DNA of 22,410 bases from Alphaproteobacteria bacterium (GTDB lineage Bacteria; Pseudomonadota; Alphaproteobacteria; JBFXJJ01): positions 1 to 22,410 of the forward strand of contig JBFXJJ010000022.1 of the NCBI GenBank assembly GCA_050175015.1, written 5' to 3'. This document shows, in pieces, positions 1 through 10,039 of the stretch (its first letter is position 1; the number at the start of each line of letters is the position of its first letter). Under the pieces are notes generated by a model. The model saw nothing but the letters and a program-made list of their open reading frames with translations, did no database searches and was not told the DNA's origin. A program made the position numbers and the translations under genes.

Positions 1-65
1 AATTAGGTACGAATTCTTTGTCATTGGCTTCACAGTCATCACAGAGCGTTCTCAGCTTATTCTAA
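1..65 (+). CDS. fliC: Flagellin, C-terminal end (partial; gene begins before the window)
   Basis: Not in the ORF track. The frame starting at nt 3 reads LGTNSLSLASQSSQSVLSLF-stop (TAA 63-65), matching the conserved flagellin C-terminal pattern (alphaproteobacterial type, LGxxxLSxAxQxxQSVLxLF). A strong terminator follows. Confidence 0.85.
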   Translation, partial: LGTNSLSLASQSSQSVLSLF

Positions 66-74
66 TCAAGCTAA

Positions 75-105
75 GATATTTAAAAGGCTTAAACCTTTTA
101 ATATC
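75..105. other. Stem-loop in the flagellin 3' UTR
   Basis: GATATTTAAAAGG (75-87) and CCTTTTAATATC (94-105) form a 12-bp inverted repeat with one bulged T and a 6-nt loop. Confidence 0.5.
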
Positions 106-112
106 AGTTATC

Positions 113-150
113 AAAAAGGGAGCAGAAGTAATTTTCTGCTCCTTTTTTTT
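113..150. terminator. Bidirectional intrinsic terminator between flagellin and rodA
   Basis: A5-GGGAGCAGAA-gtaatt-TTCTGCTCC-T8: a GC-containing stem flanked by A and T runs, between convergent genes. Confidence 0.9.
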
Positions 151-198
151 GTTCGATACTAAAATAGAAAGATTTATTGGCTATATTAAAGAAATTGA

Positions 199-1365
199 TT
201 AAAAGAAATCTTCAGACGAGCCTCTTTTGCCTATTTGGATATCTTTGTGGACGTGAACGCAAAGGACTAGTCCAAAGCCAGCCATTAAAGTCATCATAGC
301 TGTTCCGCCATAGGATATGAGTGGTAAAGGAACGCCAACAACAGGAACTAGGCCTATTACCATTGCTATGTTAATAAAAAAGTAAAGAAAAAAGTTGGTA
401 GTAATTCCTATGCCCAAAATTTTTCCAAAAAAGTTTTGGGATCTAAACGCAATAAGATAACCGTATGTTATAATAACGAGATAAAGAGCGATAAGGGTAA
501 TGCAGCCAATCATACCAAATTCTTCAGCCAGCATCGTGAAAATGAAGTCGGTTTGTTTTTCTGGAAGAAAGTCTAAGTGGCTTTGGGTTCCTTTAAGAAA
601 ACCTTTGCCAAAAACGCCACCAGAACCAATAGCTATTTGTGATTGGATAATGTGATAACCAGACCCTAAAGGGTCTCTTGTAGGGTCCAGAAAAGTTAAA
701 ACACGCTGTTTTTGATATTCTCTAAGAAATTGCCAAGCTATGGGAATTAAACTCAATCCAACTCCGCCCGCAACCAAAAACTTCCAACTTTGGACGCCAA
801 CCAAGAATAATATGCTGGAGCCTCCCATAAGAAGCAGCATTGCTGTACCTAAATCAGGTTGTTTCATAACCAAGGCAACAGGTAAAAGAATTAGAAAAAT
901 AGGATACATAAGATGACGTGTTTGTTCAATTTCTTGCAAAGTTGAACCGTGAAAATATTTTGCAAGATAAAGTATCAATGCAATTTTCATAATTTCCGAT
1001 GGCTGAATGTAGAAAAACCCAAAATTAATCCAGCGCTGTGCTCCCATACCGATTGAGCCTTCTATTTCTACCACCACAAGCAGTATCAACGACATTAGAT
1101 AAATAAAACCTGAATATTTCAGCCATTTTCTGATATCTATCATTGCAAACAATAGCATTATGATAAAGCCAATACCAAAACGAGCTATCTGCCTATCTGC
1201 CCAAGGATCTAAGTTTCCCTTTGCTGCAGAGTAGAGCATTATAAAACCTACGGAAGCTACAAGAGTTATACTCAAGACGAAAAGCCAGCTAATATGGAAC
1301 AGCTTTTCTTTTATTGTCATTTCTGGACCTTTTAGTCCTAGATCCCTAGAATAAACATAAGGCAT
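199..1365 (-). CDS. rodA: Rod shape-determining SEDS peptidoglycan glycosyltransferase RodA
   Basis: Multi-TM protein with GAQRWI, IQPSE, QPDLGT, FLPEKQTDFIF and LPLISYGG motifs; last gene of the mre/mrd operon. The start could alternatively be the Met at 1320. Confidence 0.97.
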   Translation of the reverse strand: MPYVYSRDLGLKGPEMTIKEKLFHISWLFVLSITLVASVGFIMLYSAAKGNLDPWADRQIARFGIGFIIMLLFAMIDIRKWLKYSGFIYLMSLILLVVVEIEGSIGMGAQRWINFGFFYIQPSEIMKIALILYLAKYFHGSTLQEIEQTRHLMYPIFLILLPVALVMKQPDLGTAMLLLMGGSSILFLVGVQSWKFLVAGGVGLSLIPIAWQFLREYQKQRVLTFLDPTRDPLGSGYHIIQSQIAIGSGGVFGKGFLKGTQSHLDFLPEKQTDFIFTMLAEEFGMIGCITLIALYLVIITYGYLIAFRSQNFFGKILGIGITTNFFLYFFINIAMVIGLVPVVGVPLPLISYGGTAMMTLMAGFGLVLCVHVHKDIQIGKRGSSEDFF

Positions 1366-1367
1366 TA

Positions 1368-3236
1368 TTAAATTTTCCCTAAAGCTTCATCATAAGTTAT
1401 ATCTTTATTTGCAACATTTAAGCGAATAGCTTCTTTTAATATCGCACTAGCAATTGGTGCCGCTGCGGCAGAGCCGCTCATTCCGTGTTCAATAATCACA
1501 GATACGGCATACTGAGGGTTATCAAAAGGGGCAAAACCAACGAAAAGAGCATGATTCCTTTCTTTCCATGGTAAATCTTCTTGTTTTAAAACGCCTGTTT
1601 CTCGCTCTCTCATTGAAATACGTCTGACTTGGGTTGTTCCTGTTTTGCCAGCCATTTTTGCACCGTTGAGATTAAACCTTGACCCCAAGGCCGTGCCATG
1701 AGGAGCATTTACAACATCATACATGCCCCATTTTATTAGCTCTAGATGTTCCCTAGAAACATTTATTTTTGCTGGGCTGTGTTCTTGATTTTTGCTTTTT
1801 CCAGAAAACCAATCATAAGTCATTCTTGGTTTAATGGCATATCCACCATTTACCATACGGGCAATCATAACAGCTAGTTGAATTGGGGTTGTTAGAATAT
1901 ATCCCTGTCCAATGCCAGCCACTAAACTTTCGCCTTGTTGCCAAGGTTCTCTGAAGTTGCTTTGTTTCCATGCTCTATCGGGAATTAATCCTGCAACTTC
2001 TCCTGTTAAATCAATCCCTGATACTTGCCCAAGTCCGAATTTCTTTGACATTTCTGCTATGCGGTCAATTCCTGTTCTTTTTGCAACCTCATAGAAATAA
2101 ATATCACAAGATTGTTTTAGGGCTTCTCTTAAAGTTACTAAACCATGACCTTCTTTTTTCCAGCAATGGAACCTATGGTTTCCAAGTTCCATATAACCTT
2201 TGCAGAAAACTGCAAATTCAGGGTTGATAACTCCAGCTTCTAATCCTGCCAAAGCAACAATCATTTTAAAAGTTGAACCAGGGGAATATTGCCCTGCAAT
2301 AGCTTTATTAACCAAAGGATTTTTAGGATCTCGAAGTAAGGCATTCCATTCTTTGTTAGCAATACCAAGATTTAGGATATTAGGATCAAAACTCGGAGTT
2401 GATGCCATTGCTAAGACATCGCCATTTTTTACATCAATCACAACGGCAGCTCCAGCTGCATCTTTAAGCGCATTGAATGCAAATTGTTGTAGCTGAGCAT
2501 CTATCGTCATAAATAAAGGTTCACCTGCTTCACCTTCTTTACGCTCGATTTCCTTAATTACTCTGCCTACAGCATTTACCTCTACGGTCAAGCTTCCTCT
2601 TTTTCCTCTGAGAGATAAATCATAAACTTTTTCAACACCAGATTTTCCAATTCTAAAGCCGGGAAGTTCTAAAAGAGGATCACTGCTTCTACCTAGTTCA
2701 GTTTCGTTTACTGCCGCTACATAGCCTACAGCATGAGCCATAGTCTGATTGTAGATATAATGGCGGCTTAATCCTTCATCAATAATAACGCCAGGTAAAT
2801 CAGGAGCATTTACTTGAATTTTGGCCATATCTTCCCAAGATAGATTTTCTCTTATAGAGACGGGAACAAAAGCTCGTTTCTTAGCTATTTCTCTTTTTAT
2901 TCTAGTGTAATCATAATCGGATAAATTAATAATATGACTAAGTTTATTAAGGGTAGCATTAACATTATCTGTTTGTTCAGAGATTATAAGAGCTCTAAAA
3001 TTTTGTTTGTTGGTAGCTATTGGATTTCCAAGTCTATCATAAATGATTCCCCTTTGAGGAGGCAGTATACGAGGCTGGATACGGTTAGCATCAGCCTGCA
3101 TTTTATATTCTTCCGATTTTATTACTTGTAGGTAATACATTCTTGCCGCTAATGTGCTACATAAGAAAAGTTTTCCGCCAGCTAAGATTGTAGCTCTTCT
3201 TGTTAAAACCTTGCCTCTGTCACCGTCTCGGTTCAT
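1368..3236 (-). CDS. mrdA: Penicillin-binding protein 2 (class B transpeptidase)
   Basis: N-terminal anchor, RGIIYDR, and catalytic PGSTFK (SxxK), SCD (SxD) and GKTGT (KTG) motifs; lies between mreD and rodA. Confidence 0.97.
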   Translation of the reverse strand: MNRDGDRGKVLTRRATILAGGKLFLCSTLAARMYYLQVIKSEEYKMQADANRIQPRILPPQRGIIYDRLGNPIATNKQNFRALIISEQTDNVNATLNKLSHIINLSDYDYTRIKREIAKKRAFVPVSIRENLSWEDMAKIQVNAPDLPGVIIDEGLSRHYIYNQTMAHAVGYVAAVNETELGRSSDPLLELPGFRIGKSGVEKVYDLSLRGKRGSLTVEVNAVGRVIKEIERKEGEAGEPLFMTIDAQLQQFAFNALKDAAGAAVVIDVKNGDVLAMASTPSFDPNILNLGIANKEWNALLRDPKNPLVNKAIAGQYSPGSTFKMIVALAGLEAGVINPEFAVFCKGYMELGNHRFHCWKKEGHGLVTLREALKQSCDIYFYEVAKRTGIDRIAEMSKKFGLGQVSGIDLTGEVAGLIPDRAWKQSNFREPWQQGESLVAGIGQGYILTTPIQLAVMIARMVNGGYAIKPRMTYDWFSGKSKNQEHSPAKINVSREHLELIKWGMYDVVNAPHGTALGSRFNLNGAKMAGKTGTTQVRRISMRERETGVLKQEDLPWKERNHALFVGFAPFDNPQYAVSVIIEHGMSGSAAAAPIASAILKEAIRLNVANKDITYDEALGKI

Positions 3237-3239
3237 CTC

Positions 3240-3749
3240 TTAATCCTTTAGTGATGCGTTATTAATTTTAGCACCTATTAATGCCACAATAGGATAAAAA
3301 GCTGCGGTTATAATATAAGATAGTAAGATAAAATTAATATTGATGAAATTGTTTTGATTAAGAGAAATAAAAAACCATTCCAAAACAAATGTTCCTAGGC
3401 TTATGATTAAAAGACCAGCTAAAGATATAATAAATGGTTTTCCAAAAATAAATCTTCTTAGTTTGTTAGCAATAACGTATGTGGTAAGCAGCATTAATAT
3501 ATTTATTCCCAGTAAATCGCCTTCTAAAATATCAACAAATATACCAAGTAAAAAAACTTTAACCATGCCCAAATCTTCGGGTTTATTTATTGACCAGAAA
3601 TAAACAGCGGCAATTAAAAGATTTGGTTTTATGCTGATAAAAGAAATCTGCAAAGGGATAAAAGGAAGAACAACGCAGATCAAACACATAATAAAAGCAT
3701 ACTTGCTTCTTATCCATAAGTCTATTTGCTGCAAAATTGGTGTTCTCAT
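3240..3749 (-). CDS. mreD: Rod shape-determining protein MreD
   Basis: 169-aa hydrophobic protein with the PNLLI..VYFW...P and GIFVDIL.G..LG pattern; lies between mreC and mrdA. Confidence 0.9.
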   Translation of the reverse strand: MRTPILQQIDLWIRSKYAFIMCLICVVLPFIPLQISFISIKPNLLIAAVYFWSINKPEDLGMVKVFLLGIFVDILEGDLLGINILMLLTTYVIANKLRRFIFGKPFIISLAGLLIISLGTFVLEWFFISLNQNNFININFILLSYIITAAFYPIVALIGAKINNASLKD

Positions 3750-3755
3750 TTTTTA

Positions 3756-4631
3756 CTATTTTGCCCTGCCTAAACAAGAAATATCTTCGGGAAGAATGCC
3801 TGTTAAATTAAAAACAACAATGCTTATATATTCTAATCTTGAGAAATCCACAAAAGGTTTGACTTTAAGTAAACCGTCATCGGTAGCCCCAACAACCACA
3901 CCAACAGGTATTCCTGCAGGAAAGGCGCCAGTTATATCTGATGTAACAACTCTCTCGCCAATTTTCACTTCAGAGTTTTCATAAATTGATGTTAATTGGG
4001 GGTAATTGGTGTTGTTGCCAGCTAATATAGCCTTAGTTCTAGTCTCTTCTGTAATGATTGGAATTCGTGAGTTAATATCCGTAATTAAAAGAACACGAAT
4101 ACTATTCTTTCCTTTTAAATCAACTCTTCCAACCAATCCTTTTTCTGTAACAACAGCTTGTCCCTTTGTTAATTCTTCTGGGGATTGAACATAAGCAATC
4201 AATGATTTTGCATAAGATCCGCTTTTTTCAGCAATTACTCTTGCAGCAACATAGCTGGCATTAGGAAGAGGTTTGTATTTCAATAATTTAGCCAAGCGCT
4301 CGTTTTCAAATTTTAAATAGTGAGCTGCGGATTGCCATTTGAGAAGATTTAGATTTTCCTTTCTCAAAACAGCGTTTTCTTTTCTTATTTTTGCAAGTTC
4401 TGCAATATTATCAAAAAAGTCGGCAACTTTCATTACAGGGATAGAGACAACCTTTATAACAGGAGTGAGGATTTCCATTGCTATAACTTTTGTCTGATCC
4501 ACAATAATGACATCAGCCTTGCCTAAAAGCATAAAAGCAAAGCAAATTAAAACTAAAAAAGTAACGGCAAAGCGTTTTACTCTAACGCCAAGTTTATTAA
4601 ATCCTGAATTGGAGCCCGCAAAATATTTCAA
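3756..4631 (-). CDS. mreC: Rod shape-determining protein MreC
   Basis: N-terminal TM, coiled coil (ENERLAKLL), and GLVGRV, VLLITD, VVTS..G.FPAGIPVG motifs. Confidence 0.95.
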   Translation of the reverse strand: MKYFAGSNSGFNKLGVRVKRFAVTFLVLICFAFMLLGKADVIIVDQTKVIAMEILTPVIKVVSIPVMKVADFFDNIAELAKIRKENAVLRKENLNLLKWQSAAHYLKFENERLAKLLKYKPLPNASYVAARVIAEKSGSYAKSLIAYVQSPEELTKGQAVVTEKGLVGRVDLKGKNSIRVLLITDINSRIPIITEETRTKAILAGNNTNYPQLTSIYENSEVKIGERVVTSDITGAFPAGIPVGVVVGATDDGLLKVKPFVDFSRLEYISIVVFNLTGILPEDISCLGRAK

Positions 4632-4673
4632 CCATTCCTCTATTTTTAACTAAAAGCGAAAGAAGCTTTATTA

Positions 4674-5723
<1,050 letters not shown>

Positions 5724-5836
5724 TCACCTTTTTAAAAAATTAATATTATTGCTTTTTGGTTCTTAGTAATAGTTATAAATTGTTAATATAATATAATCAA
5801 GTTTGGATAATTATATTATTAAAATTTTAGTTTTTC

Positions 5837-6754
5837 TTATATACATTTTCTTAACTTTAAGCTAGTAAAAAGTTGTGATATTTCAAAATAATTGTCGTTA
5901 GTGACCGCTGTCACATCGGAAATAAAACGATTTTTAAACCAAGTGATTTGTCTTTTGGCATATTGCCTTGTTTTGACTTTTGCTTTGTCTTTGGCTTCTT
6001 CTAAATTAATTTTGCCTTCAAGGTACAAAGCGAGTTCTTCGACGCCTAGAGCTTTCATTATCTGACAATTTTTAGGATAATTTTTTGCTATAAGTTCCTT
6101 AACTTCCTTTAAAGCGCCTTGATCTATCATTTCATCAAAACGATTGTTGCATTTTTGATAAAGTTGTTGCCGCTCAGGATTAACAAAAATCTTAATAAAA
6201 TCAGCTTCAACAGGACATTTTGGAGCTTCTTTCTGCCAAGATAGAATACTTTTCCCTGTTGACTCGAAAACCTCTAATGCTCTTGTTATCCTTTGTCTGT
6301 CATTTGCTTTTAATTTTGCTGCAGCATCGGCATCTTCTTCTTGCAAAAGCTTATAAAGTTCAGCTGTTTCAATTAAATCATCTCTAAATTTAGCTTTAAT
6401 AGAATCATCAACTTCAGGAATAGGAGATAGTCCATTAGTAAGAGCTTCAATATAAAGACCTGTTCCGCCAGCAATTATGGGTAGTGTGCAGTTTTTAATT
6501 TCCTTTGCTGCCATTTTTGCCCATATTCCAGCCGAGCAGCTTTCTAAACCGTTTAAGAAACCGTAGAGTTTGTGTGGAATGCTTGTTTTAGATGTATCTG
6601 GCCTTGCAGTTATAATCTGCAAATCGTTATACACCTGCATACTGTCGGCATTTATAATTGTGCCGCCATATTCTTCGGCAATTTTTAAAGCTAGGCTTGA
6701 TTTACCTGATGCCGTAGCTCCATAAATAACGATTACTTTTGGTTTTGTTGTCAT
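5837..6754 (-). CDS. miaA: tRNA (adenosine-37-N6) dimethylallyltransferase
   Basis: GATASGKS P-loop, INADSMQVY, GGTGLY, RALEV and TRQYAKRQITWF motifs. Confidence 0.98.
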   Translation of the reverse strand: MTTKPKVIVIYGATASGKSSLALKIAEEYGGTIINADSMQVYNDLQIITARPDTSKTSIPHKLYGFLNGLESCSAGIWAKMAAKEIKNCTLPIIAGGTGLYIEALTNGLSPIPEVDDSIKAKFRDDLIETAELYKLLQEEDADAAAKLKANDRQRITRALEVFESTGKSILSWQKEAPKCPVEADFIKIFVNPERQQLYQKCNNRFDEMIDQGALKEVKELIAKNYPKNCQIMKALGVEELALYLEGKINLEEAKDKAKVKTRQYAKRQITWFKNRFISDVTAVTNDNYFEISQLFTSLKLRKCI

Positions 6755-6848
6755 ATTTATCTAATATCAATCTTGCGCTAATTTTAAAATAATATAAACT
6801 TTAGACTTCATATAACATAAAATCAAAAAATTTTAAGGAGATTTAATC

Positions 6849-8105
6849 GTGTCATCAGTAAAAATACCTTTGTTTCGTCCTTTTTCAGCCATTCGTCCTA
6901 CTCCAGACAAAGCAGGAGAGATTATTGCCCCACCTTATGATGTGCTGAATACCGAAGAAGCAAAAGAAAAGGCTAAAGGAAAACCTTTGAGTTTCTTACA
7001 TGTTTCTAAACCTGAGATTGATTTGCCTGATGGAATCGATCACTATGCTCCTGAAGTTTATGCCAAAGCTGCAGAAAATTTTAAAAAGATGCTTGATAGC
7101 GGCGTTTTAAAACGTGACAGCAAAGCTTGCTATTATGTTTATCGTGCCACTATGGGATCTCACGTTCAAACAGGATTGGTTGTTGCGGCATCTTGTGCCG
7201 ATTATGACACTAACCGTATTAGAAAACACGAATTCACCCGCCCTGTTAAAGAAGATGACAGAGTTCGTCAGATTGAAGCTGTTGGCGCTCAAACTGGTCC
7301 TGCGCTTCTTGCTTACCGTCAAATTAAAGCCGTTGCTGATATTATTGCTGATACGGTAAACAAAGCGCCAGCTTACGATGTTTTGGGAGATAATGATGTT
7401 CGCCACGCTTTGTGGGTTATAGATAACGACAAGTATATTGCAACTATTACAGAAGAATTTTCCAAAGCTGAAGCCGTTTATATCGCTGATGGTCATCATA
7501 GATCTGCGGCAGGTTCAAGAGTTGCTAAAGCAATGGCTGCCAAAAATCCTAATCATAAGGGCGATGAAGCCTATAATTCTTTCTTAGCGGTAGCTTTTCC
7601 TGCTAATGAAATGAAAATTTATGATTACAACCGTGTGGTTAAAGACTTAAACGGTTTAACTGAAGCCGAGCTTTTGGAAAAAATCGGCAAAAACTATGAT
7701 GTTTCTAAAGAAACTTCTCAAGTAAAACCTGTTCGTCCTCAGGAAATGGGGCTTTACATTAATAAGTCTTGGTACCGCTTAACTTTAAAACCAGAAGTAA
7801 AACTTCCTTTTGACCCTGTTGAAAGACTTGATGTAAGTTTGCTTTCTGATTTAGTTCTTGCTCCTGTTCTTGGAATTGAGGACTTGCGTAAATCCGAACG
7901 CATTGATTTTGTTGGTGGCATTAGAGGTCTAGGCGAATTAGAAAAACGGGTTGATAGTGGTGAAATGGTTGCAGCTTTTGCAATGTATCCAACAAGTATG
8001 GAAGATTTGATGGCTGTTGCCGAAGCAGGAAAGGTTATGCCGCCAAAATCAACTTGGTTTGAACCTAAACTTGCCGACGGTATGGCTTCAAATCCACTTT
8101 GCTAG
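6849..8105 (+). CDS. DUF1015 family protein (ParB/Srx-like DGHHR motif)
   Basis: APPYDV, HEFT, YIADGHHR and MPPKSTWFEPKL motifs typical of DUF1015; GTG start with TAAGGAG RBS at 6834-6840. Confidence 0.88.
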   Translation: MSSVKIPLFRPFSAIRPTPDKAGEIIAPPYDVLNTEEAKEKAKGKPLSFLHVSKPEIDLPDGIDHYAPEVYAKAAENFKKMLDSGVLKRDSKACYYVYRATMGSHVQTGLVVAASCADYDTNRIRKHEFTRPVKEDDRVRQIEAVGAQTGPALLAYRQIKAVADIIADTVNKAPAYDVLGDNDVRHALWVIDNDKYIATITEEFSKAEAVYIADGHHRSAAGSRVAKAMAAKNPNHKGDEAYNSFLAVAFPANEMKIYDYNRVVKDLNGLTEAELLEKIGKNYDVSKETSQVKPVRPQEMGLYINKSWYRLTLKPEVKLPFDPVERLDVSLLSDLVLAPVLGIEDLRKSERIDFVGGIRGLGELEKRVDSGEMVAAFAMYPTSMEDLMAVAEAGKVMPPKSTWFEPKLADGMASNPLC

Positions 8106-8141
8106 AACTAAGCTAAATTAATTTAAACGGGACGTTTTTTT

Positions 8142-9353
8142 ATGAACACAAAAAAAACCATTGCTGTTATGTTTGGTGGAATGTCTGCTGAGCATGATGT
8201 TAGTATTTTGACTGGATTGCAGATAATAGATTCTTTTGATTCTACTAAATATGATGTCTTTCCGCTTTATATCGCTCAAGACGGTAATTGGTTTACAGGA
8301 AAAGCTCTTTTAAACCGCAAAAATTATCCTTTGGACAACAGCACAATAGCCTTACTTGATAAAGTACAGCTTAGGCTGGGAAATGGTTTTGAGAATAAAA
8401 AGACGTCTCGTTTTAGTTTTGTTTCAACCAAAAATCCTCTTTTTGGTTGTCCTAAAATTTATGAATTTGATGCGGTTATGCCTGCATTTCACGGTACTCT
8501 TGGTGAAGATGGATCTATCCAAGGTATGTTTGAATTAGCTGGCATTCCTTATGCTGGTTTTAGAGTTTTGGGCGCAGCGGTTTATATGGATAAAGCCTTT
8601 TCTAAAAAAGTTTTTAGTGAACAGGGTTTGCCGTATTTGAAAACGATTATAGTTAATAGACCTAAAAACGAGGGCTTTATTGATTTTAAAGCGTTGTTAA
8701 AAAATTATGATATTAAATATCCTGTATGCTGTAAGCCGTGTAATCTTGGAAGTTCTGTCGGAGTATCTAAAGCATCTAATGAAGAAGAACTTATTGCTGG
8801 GCTTGCGGCGGTATTCAAATTGGATAATACCGCTTTAGTCGAACCTTTTGTTACTAATCTTGTAGAGTATAATGTTTCTGTAACTTCCGTCTTTGGTGAA
8901 ACAACGACGTCAGCTATTGAAAAGCCTATGAAAAAAGAGGCTTTTCTTGATTTTAAAGACAAATATCTATCAAGTACAGAAATTGCCTCAAAATTGGATA
9001 TTCCGTCAGAAGGTATGGCAGGCGCAATTAGAGATTTAAACCCACAAGAGCTTTCAAAAGATGAAGAAAAACTGATTAGAGATTGTGCGGTTAAAGCCTT
9101 TGATGCCGTTGGTGGTAAAGGTGTTGTCAGGGTTGATTTTTTATGCGACGGTGATACTAGGGAAATTTACATCAATGAAGTTAATACTTTTCCTGGTTCC
9201 TTATCTTGTTATCTTTGGGAAGCCGCTTCTCCTAAAGTTATTTTTAGCGATATTCTTGATAAAATGATGATAGAGGCATTTGCGCTTTCTAAAGAACAAA
9301 CTAAAATAGTTGATCCAAGTTTAGCTAACTCATCAGTCTTTAAAAAGAAATAG
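8142..9353 (+). CDS. ddl: D-alanine--D-alanine ligase-like ATP-grasp protein (atypical subfamily)
   Basis: FGGMSAEHDVS, FHGTLGEDG, MDK, KPCNLGSSVGV, FLDFKDKY, RVDFL and INEVNTFPGSL motifs. Confidence 0.88.
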   Translation: MNTKKTIAVMFGGMSAEHDVSILTGLQIIDSFDSTKYDVFPLYIAQDGNWFTGKALLNRKNYPLDNSTIALLDKVQLRLGNGFENKKTSRFSFVSTKNPLFGCPKIYEFDAVMPAFHGTLGEDGSIQGMFELAGIPYAGFRVLGAAVYMDKAFSKKVFSEQGLPYLKTIIVNRPKNEGFIDFKALLKNYDIKYPVCCKPCNLGSSVGVSKASNEEELIAGLAAVFKLDNTALVEPFVTNLVEYNVSVTSVFGETTTSAIEKPMKKEAFLDFKDKYLSSTEIASKLDIPSEGMAGAIRDLNPQELSKDEEKLIRDCAVKAFDAVGGKGVVRVDFLCDGDTREIYINEVNTFPGSLSCYLWEAASPKVIFSDILDKMMIEAFALSKEQTKIVDPSLANSSVFKKK

Positions 9354-9355
9354 AT

Positions 9356-9943
9356 ATGCGTTTTAATTTAAAAAATACTTTATTCTGCTTTGCCTTAAAA
9401 GAAGAAGCTAAAGATCAGTTTGATGATTTAAATTGCCTTTTTACCGATATGGGCAAAATAAATGCGGCATTTGCTTTAACGAAGCATTTGGTTCTTAATC
9501 CAGAAGTTGAATTTGTTGTTAACCTTGGCACGTGCGGTTCTCAAAATTTAAAACCTGCCAGCATTGTTTGTGCGACAACATTTTATCAAAGAGATTGGTC
9601 GGTTCCTTTTCTAACAATGCCAACGGATCATTTTGAAAAAATAACATATGGTATCAAAATTGATAATATTCTTGAGGTTGCTTGTGGTACAGGAGATTCT
9701 TTTGTTTCAGAATGGCCCGAGAATGCACCTTATGAAATTGTCGATATGGAAGCTTTTGCCCTAGCTTCGGTGTGTCAGAAATTTCAAAAGAAGTTTATAT
9801 GCCTTAAGTCTGTTTCTGATGCGGCAGGTGAAAATGACGGCTTGTCGGCTATAGAGCAATGGAATCTCTATTTAGAAAAGGCGGCTCATAATCTTAGAAA
9901 CAATATAAACAATATTGAAAACTTTGCAGATATTGTGAAATAA
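9356..9943 (+). CDS. Short nucleosidase, MTA/SAH nucleosidase-like (PNP/UDP phosphorylase fold)
   Basis: MGKINAA, NLGTCGS, TGDSFV, VDMEAFALA and KSVSD motifs; starts 2 nt after the ddl stop. Confidence 0.82.
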   Translation: MRFNLKNTLFCFALKEEAKDQFDDLNCLFTDMGKINAAFALTKHLVLNPEVEFVVNLGTCGSQNLKPASIVCATTFYQRDWSVPFLTMPTDHFEKITYGIKIDNILEVACGTGDSFVSEWPENAPYEIVDMEAFALASVCQKFQKKFICLKSVSDAAGENDGLSAIEQWNLYLEKAAHNLRNNINNIENFADIVK

Positions 9944-10039
9944 ATCTAAACTTCTTAGAAAAATTAGACTATAATAGCGGCAATGTAATAATATGATGCT
10001 AAGTTAAAATTTATTTTAATATATAAAGGATTTATAGCA

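Noticed and set aside
6773-6800. TTGCGC-N16-TAAACT promoter for the DUF1015 operon
   Set aside because: Plausible, but not distinguishable from chance in very AT-rich intergenic DNA.
8142-9353. Van-type D-Ala-D-Lac ligase (glycopeptide resistance)
   Set aside because: The omega loop ends in KY, and there are no vanH, vanX or vanRS neighbours.
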